Of a stretch of DNA of 64,000 nucleotides, positions 28,941 to 37,290 are shown piece after piece. The translations under genes and the position numbers were made by a program. Source of the stretch: Candidatus Methanovorans sp. (GTDB taxonomy: Archaea; Halobacteriota; Methanosarcinia; Methanosarcinales; Methanosarcinaceae); contig DQIP01000236.1 of assembly GCA_020793565.1 (NCBI GenBank), positions 6,069 through 70,068 on the forward strand. The letters are read 5' to 3'. The notes under the pieces were generated by a model. It saw only the letters and a list, made by a program, of their open reading frames with translations, was not told the origin of the DNA and searched no databases. Every line of letters starts with the position of its first letter. The first letter of the stretch is position 1.

Positions 28941-30566
28941 ATGAGATCAATGAGATCAAAAGCAATGAAAATGATTGCATATCTCGCAGTTGTGTTGATA
29001 TTAGCCAGTGTTCTGCCAGCAAATGCGCTTGCAGAAAAATATGACAAGGACATGACACAAAGAGGTGTAAGAGCAAATAGTAATGGTGCGGCCTTGAATA
29101 TGACCAAAGATCAGGTAAGGGATAGAATAAACACATCTGATAATGCGCCATGTGTTGAACCGTATATGCAAAACAGGACAAAGACTGCAAATCTGGTTCG
29201 GGCCAATGTTGCGAACACTGCTGCACAATACAGGTCCGCAAAAGAGCGAATGGCAACTGTAAGAAATAATTATTCAGATGCACAGAAAGATTATAAAGAT
29301 CTGAAGATCAAGATCAATAATAAAAAGGTATCTGCAGATTCGGAAGAGGTAATTGGAGCGACTCGTGCTTACATGAACCAGACTATAGAATATATGGTCA
29401 CACACCTTAGGACTGTACAGGAAAATATTGAAAATACGGGTGGTGACTCAGGGGGTTCTGAAATAATTGAAGGATATATAGAACAACTGGAACAGCAAAA
29501 AATGAATGTGGGGTCTGCACAGACAAAGCAGGAACTTGAAAATACGGCAAAGGAAATCCGTAATATCCTGAAAGATGCAGAGAAACGTGCAAAATACTTT
29601 GCAGGAAAGTCGGTCAATAATAGGCTCAACAATTTCCTTGTAAAATCCGGAAGTCTTTCACTTCGTCTTGAAGATGAGATCAAACGGTTAAATGCTGCAG
29701 GAGAGAACACTGAAGAACTCGAAGAAATGCTTGCTGAATACAATGAGTTGATAGGAGAGGCTAAGCAAAACCAGAAACATGCACGGGACACGTTCCAGAA
29801 TCAAAATGACGATGCCGTGAATGAGGCAAGGCAATACATGCACCAGGCAACCGGGAGCATACATGAAGCAAATTGTATATTAAAAGACATATTCAATGAA
29901 CTTAAATCATACAGGCACGGTTTTGCAGTACTTGACGGTAACGGTACACTTACAGCAGAAGGTAATGGTACTGCAGTACTTTCAGGTGATCTTACACTAA
30001 ATATTACAGCAACTGATGCAGAACTTGTCATTAAGGATCTTGCAGGTGATTCTAATATAACCATTAGCGGTGATTATGTAGAAATTAATGCTGACAGTGA
30101 AGACTATGACAATTGCGCAATGATCTATCACAATTTTACCGGAACCGTTCATATAACAGGTTCACGCCTGACTATCATGCTACATGGTAATGATGTAAAC
30201 TTCACAGCAGAAGGTAAAGGCAGCGTTATACTCTCTGGAACCGGTATATACAAAGTCGAAAAGGCTGGCGAATCTTCAGGAGATATACAGTGGGCGACTG
30301 TTGTGACAACACCGGAAAATGAAGCCGGGACAGATGATCTATCAGGGAGTAATGAAACCGATTCAGACGGAAATATAACAGATGGAAACACAACAGGTGG
30401 AAACACAACTGATTGGAACACAACAGATGGAAACTCAACTGATTGGAACACAACAGATGGAAACTCAACTGATTGGAATGCAACAGATGGAAACTTAACT
30501 GATTGTAATACAACTGATGGAAACTTAACTGATTGTAATACAACTGATGGAAATGGGAGTAATTAA
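28941..30566 (+). CDS. Secreted/surface protein: signal peptide, long coiled-coil region, beta-rich domain, C-terminal N-X-T repeat tail
   Basis: The N-terminus MKMIAYLAVVLILASVLPANALA looks like a signal peptide. Residues about 60-290 are heptad-like and K/E/Q-rich. The C-terminus carries TDGN.TD[WC]N repeats. I do not recognise a family. Confidence 0.6.
   Translation: MRSMRSKAMKMIAYLAVVLILASVLPANALAEKYDKDMTQRGVRANSNGAALNMTKDQVRDRINTSDNAPCVEPYMQNRTKTANLVRANVANTAAQYRSAKERMATVRNNYSDAQKDYKDLKIKINNKKVSADSEEVIGATRAYMNQTIEYMVTHLRTVQENIENTGGDSGGSEIIEGYIEQLEQQKMNVGSAQTKQELENTAKEIRNILKDAEKRAKYFAGKSVNNRLNNFLVKSGSLSLRLEDEIKRLNAAGENTEELEEMLAEYNELIGEAKQNQKHARDTFQNQNDDAVNEARQYMHQATGSIHEANCILKDIFNELKSYRHGFAVLDGNGTLTAEGNGTAVLSGDLTLNITATDAELVIKDLAGDSNITISGDYVEINADSEDYDNCAMIYHNFTGTVHITGSRLTIMLHGNDVNFTAEGKGSVILSGTGIYKVEKAGESSGDIQWATVVTTPENEAGTDDLSGSNETDSDGNITDGNTTGGNTTDWNTTDGNSTDWNTTDGNSTDWNATDGNLTDCNTTDGNLTDCNTTDGNGSN
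30368..30563 (+). repeat. 30-nt tandem repeats encoding N-[TA]-T-D-G-N-[STL]-T-D-[WC] (two N-X-T sequons per unit)
   Basis: ACAGATGGAAACTCAACTGATTGGAACACA and close variants are repeated about 5-6 times. The last two units switch TGG(W) to TGT(C). Confidence 0.9.
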
Positions 30567-30856
30567 TGATGGCCAATAAGGAGATGAATAAAACCCCTTA
30601 CATTAAAAATCTCATAATGTTTGCAGTCCTATTGGCCGGACTTGTAGTGTCAGGCTGCGTAAGTGATACGCCGGCCGAAACCACAACCCAGGATATACCT
30701 GTGCAGCAGGTGTCTGCTGCAGACAGTGCACTTGCCAATGAGGCTGTTGGTCTCACTGACACCGAAATCATGGATATTGAATCCGATATGGCAGAACTTA
30801 AATCTTTGCTCTCTGACATGGATATGGAAGAAAACCTGTCTTTAGAAGGGATATAG
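30566..30856 (+). CDS. Small putative lipoprotein (hypothetical)
   Basis: 96 aa with a hydrophobic N-terminus ending LVVSGC (lipobox-like) and an acidic C-terminal half. The start abuts the stop of the upstream gene. Confidence 0.45.
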   Translation: MMANKEMNKTPYIKNLIMFAVLLAGLVVSGCVSDTPAETTTQDIPVQQVSAADSALANEAVGLTDTEIMDIESDMAELKSLLSDMDMEENLSLEGI

Positions 30857-31042
30857 GCGGCATCCGCCTTTGCTCCTTCCTTTTCTTTTTTCGCCCAATT
30901 TCCAGATAAACCTTTATTGGCAGTATATGTCAATTGCAGGGTTTCATCATCGGTATTGTACGTTTTGTGCACACACGCGCAAGTACTATATATCCAATCA
31001 AATATATATGATAAATGTAAACACCATCTTATGGGGTAAATC

Positions 31043-31900
31043 ATGAACAATATGTTTAAAACAACTATTTTGTTAGCATCTCTTACCGGATTGTTAGTTA
31101 TTGTCGGGCGCGCAGCTGGCGGTCAAAGCGGCATGATAATTGCATTTGTGTTTGCAGTTATAATGAACTTTGGAAGTTACTGGTACAGCGACAAGATCGT
31201 TCTTAAGATGTATCGTGCAAAAGAAGTGACAGAGGATGAACAACCCCAGTTATACAGGGTCGTTCAAAATCTCGCAATGCGTGCACACATTCCTATGCCG
31301 AAAGTGTACATCGTAAAAACATCGATGCCAAATGCTTTTGCGACAGGCCGTGACCCAAAACATGCAGCTGTTGCCGCTACAACAGGCATTCTTAACCTGT
31401 TGACACCAGAGGAACTTGAAGGCGTGCTTGCACATGAACTTGCACATGTTAAGAACCGTGACACATTGATAAGTGCTGTTGCAGCAACAATCGCAGGTGT
31501 TATTACTATAGTCGCAACAATCGCGCGCTGGGATGCAATTTTCGGCGGGATCGGCGGTCGGGACAATGAGGGCGGCTCAAATATTGTAGGATTCATTGTG
31601 CTCGCAGTATTGGCTCCAATTGCAGCGACCATTATCCAGCTCGCGATCTCAAGATCACGCGAGTATGCAGCAGACGCAGAAGGTGTACGAATATCACAAA
31701 AACCCTGGGCGCTTGCGAACGCTCTTGAAAAACTGGAATACGGTGCAAAACATTACCGTCCCGGGAAGGGTGATGTGAAAGCATCTGAAAACACGGCGCA
31801 CATGTTTATTGTAAACCCGCTTCGGAGCAGCGCACTGATGTCACTCTTCAGGACACATCCATTGACAGAAGATAGAATACGCCGACTCAATGCAATGTGA
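31043..31900 (+). CDS. htpX: Zinc metalloprotease HtpX (peptidase M48)
   Basis: [10 protein letters not shown] zinc motif, four TM segments and a C-terminal THP...RI..L. Confidence 0.95.
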   Translation: MNNMFKTTILLASLTGLLVIVGRAAGGQSGMIIAFVFAVIMNFGSYWYSDKIVLKMYRAKEVTEDEQPQLYRVVQNLAMRAHIPMPKVYIVKTSMPNAFATGRDPKHAAVAATTGILNLLTPEELEGVLAHELAHVKNRDTLISAVAATIAGVITIVATIARWDAIFGGIGGRDNEGGSNIVGFIVLAVLAPIAATIIQLAISRSREYAADAEGVRISQKPWALANALEKLEYGAKHYRPGKGDVKASENTAHMFIVNPLRSSALMSLFRTHPLTEDRIRRLNAM

Positions 31901-32231
31901 GATCGGCTTTTAAGTTAATTTGATGAACAGTAATGGGTTCGTGCCTCTCAAAATTGGGATTTACGCTTAAATGGCTTAAGTATTGTCAATTGCCAGGGGA
32001 CGCGAGCGATTCAAGCAGTTTTGCTACCTTTTCCAGTTTTTCGTGACCTCTTGCATTGTAGTCAACACCTGTAGTTAAGGCAGGCCAAACCAATAATTGT
32101 TATTACTGATATCAATATGCTATATGCGATTTGTGTATTGCAGTATAGTATATTCATCTCACTAAATAATTATTTTCCACGATATCACCAATATATTCTA
32201 ATGTTGTTTCTACATGAAAAGAATTTGTACG

Positions 32232-32705
32232 GTAATATTTTTGTATTTGTTTAGCGGTTTTTGACGCCGAAGCAATACGCCGGAGGCGCGCATCCCTTTA
32301 CCACTGGCGCGAACGGTGACGTTTTCTCGGCATTTCAATTTATTATTTACATATAGGATAACAGGTCGTGTCCTAAGTTACGAGACCTAATGCGCTTTTG
32401 TCATAGTTCAAGTCCGTTATTGATATTGATTCCGAATAACACTCTTAAAATCTACCGATTGTCTCGCAACATAACGATTATTATAGAAAGTCACGATTTC
32501 GGGGGCACTACCGGATAACGCAGCATAGCATTATTACACACCAATGTTATTGAAAATGTTCCGATTTATTCGGCCGAGATATATTTAATAATGTTTAGAA
32601 TACGCCGCCTACGGCGGTATTGCTGCGCGAGGTCTGGTAATATGAGATGTGCATCGAGATTTTATCGAAACCACCTATACAAATACATATTTTTTAGTAT
32701 ATGGC
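32232..32705 (-). repeat. Long copy of segmental duplication Block-G (contains about 278 nt absent from the 6.6-kb copy)
   Basis: 32540-32705 is the reverse complement of 6632-6795, and 32236-32262 is the reverse complement of 6797-6822. The segment 32263-32539 is unique to this copy. The match runs about 30 nt into the 3' end of the wHTH gene at 32675. Confidence 0.8.
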
Positions 32706-32911
32706 GGTTCGTCAAAGTGTCGAATTTCCCCTTCAACCAGCCCCACATTTACAAGCTTCTTAAGATGAAGATACAGAAGCGGGCGTGATATCCCGATCTT
32801 GTCTGCAAGTTCAGATACATACTGCTCACCACCTGCCAATTCAGCAAGTATTGAGAGACTGTGCTTGTTTCCAGGCGTGTTTAACAATGCTGCGAGTTCA
32901 TCGGTGTCCAT
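32675..32911 (-). CDS. ArsR-type winged-HTH transcriptional regulator (78 aa)
   Basis: HSLSILAELAGGEQYVSELADKIGISRPLLYLHLKKLVNVGLVE is an ArsR/wHTH core. Confidence 0.75.
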   Translation of the reverse strand: MDTDELAALLNTPGNKHSLSILAELAGGEQYVSELADKIGISRPLLYLHLKKLVNVGLVEGEIRHFDEPPYTKKYVFV

Positions 32912-33275
32912 ATTTCCCAGTGTATATTGGCTGGTTTACACATAAAGTATATCGACTGGCAGGAGGATCGCACAACCACAAACCACCCGAAAACAAATAG
33001 CGATCATATTTTTGGTTATTACCAGCCTGATCGTTTTCATTGTTTTTTTGGTAACTAACATCACCGAGGAATGGCTTTTATATCGGGTAGCATGGTCTTT
33101 GGCCGGATAAAACTTCACGATGTGCCATATTGGGAACATCACATATGTATATCGTTCCTGAATGGGCATTACTGCGGTTCATGAATTATGCACAACCGTG
33201 CAGAATTAATTAATATTAAGTCTCCATATAACAGGTGTAAACCATATATATTTTATAAGTTTAGAAAGTGTGAAA

Positions 33276-33446
33276 ATGGCAGGTAAAAATGAACCACCTA
33301 TAAAAGATCGTACCATCTTCGATCAAAAATGCATCACCTGTGGCACGTGGATGAATACAAAAGAAGAGAAAAGCAAAAACGGTGCAATCATAACTACTTA
33401 TTCTTGCCCGGAATGCGGCCTTTCATACTCAGTTGGCGAGGACTGA
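33276..33446 (+). CDS. Small zinc-ribbon protein (56 aa)
   Basis: Absent from the ORF track. Translation is MAGKNEPPIKDRTIFDQKCITCGTWMNTKEEKSKNGAIITTYSCPECGLSYSVGED*, with CxxC-N22-CxxC. Its stop lies 1 nt from the ATG of the next gene (TGATATG). Confidence 0.55.
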   Translation: MAGKNEPPIKDRTIFDQKCITCGTWMNTKEEKSKNGAIITTYSCPECGLSYSVGED

Positions 33447-33447
33447 T

Positions 33448-34461
33448 ATGACCAGATGGACGCTCGAATATCTTTTGAACACAAACCCACACGATTTTGA
33501 GAATCTTGTAGCGTACCTGTTCGAACAAATGGGATATGCAGCAGTGGTTACCAGGCATTCACGCGATGGTGGCATTGATATTGAGCTTGAACTTGAGCAT
33601 TTTGGCCTGTCACACAGATGGCTTGTACAGGTAAAACGGTATGCTGATGCCGTTGGTGTAAAAGAAGTGCGTGAGTACAGCAGCCTGCGATATCGCGATA
33701 ACGTAGATGGTGTGATCATTGTTACAACTTCCCATTTCACAAAAGGAGCGGAGGAGGAAGCTGCAGGGCATAATGTAAAACTCATCGGCGGCGCTTTGCT
33801 TGTCAGGATGCTTGAACACTACTGCCCTGATGGACAGGTGATGGGCGAAGCAGGTGTGCCAGATCCAAATAATACTGTGATCGGTGGGGCAATTCTTAAG
33901 AGTAGCGAGCATGTGCTGGCAAGTGAGCCTATAGTAATTGGGAAGGATAAGCTTGTGATGGTTGTTACGAACAAGAATCTATTTTTCAAAAAAGGAACAG
34001 GCGGGATGCTCTCGAATAAGTCCGAAATATTCCGTCGCGTTGGGGCAAATGAGATAATAGGTTTGCATGCCGAATCAAAACGTATTTTTCTCCTGATGGG
34101 TTCAAAGGAGATAGAGATTCTCAGTATCCAGCCAAAAAACCGTGAAAAAGTACTTGACCTGCTCGGGCAACTGCGAGCCGATTACTTGAAGGGTGAGCAT
34201 CTTTTAAGATTAGCACGAACAGGCTCACAATTTTTAGTACTGACAAACAAGCGCCTGGTGATCATCGATCAGCATGATGGTATGAGGGAAGAAATTAAAG
34301 TCAAGTCCATAATAGGTTCAAGGGTTTTAAATGGTGGATTGTTCAAAAAGCCAAGGCTTATTGTTTCGGAATCCGGGGATGATGTCCGAAAGCGCGAGAT
34401 CGAAGTCGATGATGCGGCTGCGTGGCAAAAGGCGATAGGGGATGCAGTGCGGGTGAGTTGA
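33448..34461 (+). CDS. Mrr-cat (PD-(D/E)xK) restriction-endonuclease-domain protein with two C-terminal PH-like repeats
   Basis: The N-terminus FENLVAYLFEQMGY...SRDGGIDIELE...WLVQVKRY....VGVKEVRE...VIIVTTSHFTKGA is the Mrr_cat pattern (D...E.K/Q.K). The C-terminal half contains two units of about 90 aa, each with VVTNKNLFF / VLTNKRLVII bacterial-PH-like cores. Confidence 0.7.
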   Translation: MTRWTLEYLLNTNPHDFENLVAYLFEQMGYAAVVTRHSRDGGIDIELELEHFGLSHRWLVQVKRYADAVGVKEVREYSSLRYRDNVDGVIIVTTSHFTKGAEEEAAGHNVKLIGGALLVRMLEHYCPDGQVMGEAGVPDPNNTVIGGAILKSSEHVLASEPIVIGKDKLVMVVTNKNLFFKKGTGGMLSNKSEIFRRVGANEIIGLHAESKRIFLLMGSKEIEILSIQPKNREKVLDLLGQLRADYLKGEHLLRLARTGSQFLVLTNKRLVIIDQHDGMREEIKVKSIIGSRVLNGGLFKKPRLIVSESGDDVRKREIEVDDAAAWQKAIGDAVRVS

Positions 34462-34516
34462 AGACTCTCAGCAAGCACTCAAACACCCACGCATTTCCAT
34501 GTTCATATATTCGGAC

Positions 34517-35023
34517 TCAATCCAGGTTGAAATCGCCATGTTTTTCGATGTGTGCCGCAAGTCCGCCGTCCTGCAGGATCTTGATCATTACATCAGGAAG
34601 AGGCGAAAACGTGATCTCGATCCCTTTTGTCACGTCCTTGATCGTGCCGGCTGACAGGTCGATATCCAGTTCATCGCCTTCATCGATCACATCGGTGTCA
34701 CATATCAACAACGGAAGACCGACATTGATACCATTGCGGTAGAATATGCGTGCAAATGATTTTGCCAGAACTGCACCCACACCTGCGATTTTGATGATCG
34801 TAGGGGCGTGTTCCCTGCTTGAACCAAGCCCGAAATTACTGCCACCAACCACGAAGTCGCCTTTCCGTACCTTTGACGGGAATTCCGGATCTGCATCTTC
34901 CAATACGTGTTTAGCAAGTTCTGGAAGGTTTGTCCTGAGGTGGAACAAGCGACCGGGTGCTATAAGGTCTGTGCTGATGTCATCACCGAATTTCCATGAT
35001 CTGCCTTTTAATTTCGTTTCCAT
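34517..35023 (-). CDS. Aconitase-family dehydratase small subunit (LeuD/HacB type; LRT loop suggests homoaconitase-like)
   Basis: 168 aa with WKFGDDISTD.I.PGR..HLRT and GSNFG.GSSREHA blocks. Confidence 0.85.
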   Translation of the reverse strand: METKLKGRSWKFGDDISTDLIAPGRLFHLRTNLPELAKHVLEDADPEFPSKVRKGDFVVGGSNFGLGSSREHAPTIIKIAGVGAVLAKSFARIFYRNGINVGLPLLICDTDVIDEGDELDIDLSAGTIKDVTKGIEITFSPLPDVMIKILQDGGLAAHIEKHGDFNLD

Positions 35024-36277
35024 TTAAAGCACCTCCCTCGGGTCAACGATCTCACCTGCAATTGCAGATGCCGCCGCGGTTGCAGGGGATGAGAGATAGA
35101 TAAGTCCTTCTGTATTGCCCATTCTTCCTTTGAAGTTACGGTTCTGGGTTGCCAGGCATACCTCGCCATCGCCTAAGATTCCCTGATGCACGCCAACACA
35201 TGCACCGCATCCGGGTGCCATTACTGCCGCACCGGCTTTGATGAATGTTGCGATATATCCTGCTTCTACTGCCTGTAAGTATATATCCCGGGATGCAGGC
35301 GTTATTATTAAGCGTGTGTCAGGATGCCTTTGCTCACCTTCCAGAATACTTGCAGCGATCTCAAGGTCATCGAGTCGTCCGTTCGTGCATGTACCGATAA
35401 AGACCTGATCCACCTTTGTGCCCTTAAGTTCCCCAATGGTCTTTGTGTTATCAACTGTATGTGGTGCTGAGATCATTGGTTCAAGTTCAGATGCATCGAT
35501 CTCGATCACGCGTTCATATACCGCGTCATCATCTGCCTTGATAATACTGAACCTGTCGCCGCGTCCCTGCTGTCCAAGGTACTGTTTTGTGGTCTCGTCA
35601 GTTTCGATGAGTCCTGTTTTTGCCCCGGCCTCGACAGCCATGTTCGAAAGCGTGAATCGCTCGGACATTGTCATATTCTTAATGGTCTCACCTGTGAATT
35701 CGAGTGCTTTATAGGTTGCACCATCAGCACCGATCTTTCCGATTATGTAGAGTATCAGGTCTTTTGGATATACACCTTTGTTGAATTTCCCAGTGACATT
35801 GATCTTGAACGTTTCCGGTACGCGGAGCCATGTCTTGCCAAGCGCGATACCGATCGCTACATCGGTTGATCCCATTCCTGTCGAGAATGCACCGAGTGCA
35901 CCTGATGTGCAGGTGTGTGAATCCGCACCTATAAGTATGTCACCCGGATTTACATGGGATTCTACGAGTCTCTGGTGACATACGCCCTCTCCGATTTCGG
36001 ATAATATTACTCCAGTTTCCTTTGAAAATCTACGAAGTATACTGTGTGCATTTGATAGGTCCTTATGCGGGCTTGGTGCGGCGTGATCGATAAAAAGAAT
36101 CGTACGCTCAGGGTTCTTTGCCTGAACAAGATCGATCTTCTCAAGCTGCTGGACTGCCAGCGGTCCGGTACCGTCCTGAACTGCCGTAACATCCACTTTT
36201 GCGATTACGATCTCGCCGGCCGATACTTCTTTGCCGGCATGTTCCCCGATAATCTTTTCTGATATTGTCTTTCCCAT
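35024..36277 (-). CDS. Aconitase-family dehydratase large subunit (LeuC/HacA type)
   Basis: 417 aa with DH..PS, GADSHT, GTCTNGR and PGCGAC.G Fe-S ligand blocks. It abuts the small subunit. Confidence 0.9.
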   Translation of the reverse strand: MGKTISEKIIGEHAGKEVSAGEIVIAKVDVTAVQDGTGPLAVQQLEKIDLVQAKNPERTILFIDHAAPSPHKDLSNAHSILRRFSKETGVILSEIGEGVCHQRLVESHVNPGDILIGADSHTCTSGALGAFSTGMGSTDVAIGIALGKTWLRVPETFKINVTGKFNKGVYPKDLILYIIGKIGADGATYKALEFTGETIKNMTMSERFTLSNMAVEAGAKTGLIETDETTKQYLGQQGRGDRFSIIKADDDAVYERVIEIDASELEPMISAPHTVDNTKTIGELKGTKVDQVFIGTCTNGRLDDLEIAASILEGEQRHPDTRLIITPASRDIYLQAVEAGYIATFIKAGAAVMAPGCGACVGVHQGILGDGEVCLATQNRNFKGRMGNTEGLIYLSSPATAAASAIAGEIVDPREVL

Positions 36278-36601
36278 TTACAAACACCTTGGATCATATA
36301 ATGATAATAATAGTATATGTGGCTTAATCGCTTTTGTTTGTATATGAGATTAACGGAAAAAGGATTTGGGATTGTGGTTACATAACCAAATATATTGTGC
36401 AGTGGTATGGAAGATTGAAAAGAATTGTGGGGTCTTTTGGAGAATGTCGGTTTACCAGTGTCTGATTCGGGTGGTATAAACAATGTACTGTTTTCTCGTT
36501 GTATACAATGTGCAACATTGCAACAACACACAAATCACTGGTATTATCCTTAATCACAGCACATTTTATGTATGGACAAAAATCTTGCCCTAATATTTTG
36601 T

Positions 36602-37141
36602 CTACTCGATCTCTATCGATGTTTTTCTCTCGGTTTCCTGCCGTTTGAATATAACCTCAAGCACACCGTTCTTATAGGTCGCTTTTGCACTGTTCGGGTC
36701 AATCCTGACTGGCAGTTCTATGTGTTCAAAATACTTTCGTTCACCATGAATTGCTTTTAGTTCAACTGTCAGGTCGGTTGCATCTAAATGTATGTCCTCT
36801 TTCTCAATATCGGGCATTTCAGCAGCTACATGAACGTGTTCATCAGTTTCAAGAACATCGACAAGCGGTTTTCTCTCACCGATATGTATTTTGTATTCTT
36901 CCCTTTTCCCACTCATCATCTCAGGTGGAACATTTCCAAATTCATGGATCTCCGGCTCTTCGCCCGGATGCCGGGTTACAGAAAAACCATATACAAGAGG
37001 CTGGTTTGAAAGTTCATCCATATTTATTCCCATTTCGTTGAATATGTAGTCTATCATACCTTCGATATCCTCATACGAGTCTGCTCCAAAAAAATTATCG
37101 AACAGGTTTCTTTTCCGTCTCTCATCTGCCATATATATCAC
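36602..37141 (-). CDS. Hsp20/alpha-crystallin small heat-shock protein
   Basis: Alpha-crystallin domain VDVLETDEHVHVAAEMPDIEKEDIHL......LPV.ID...AKATYKNGVLEV. Confidence 0.85.
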   Translation of the reverse strand: MIYMADERRKRNLFDNFFGADSYEDIEGMIDYIFNEMGINMDELSNQPLVYGFSVTRHPGEEPEIHEFGNVPPEMMSGKREEYKIHIGERKPLVDVLETDEHVHVAAEMPDIEKEDIHLDATDLTVELKAIHGERKYFEHIELPVRIDPNSAKATYKNGVLEVIFKRQETERKTSIEIE

Positions 37142-37290
37142 CTTTGAATTTCAGTTTAATTAACGTAATCTGTTTTCTGTTCACCTGCAACTTCTATCTG
37201 TGATTCACAGTTATTAGCTGCATATCTTGTTAATATTTCTGTATTTATCCATACACCATTAATGTTTTTATTGTAGTATAATCTATTGGA

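Noticed and set aside
32262-32330. GC-rich segment whose reverse complement (GCGCCAGTGGTAAAGGGATGCGCGCCTCCGGCG...) looks like a tRNA D-arm and anticodon region.
   Set aside because: It has no acceptor stem, no T-arm (no GTTCRAAT-like loop) and only a 3-nt loop in the would-be anticodon hairpin. It is part of the Block-G repeat.
32936-33169. 77-aa minus-strand ORF upstream of the small wHTH gene (possible small membrane protein).
   Set aside because: The start is ambiguous, there is no clear RBS, composition is unusual (many basic residues, CGC) and no family is recognisable. It is mentioned only as context for the Mrr islet.
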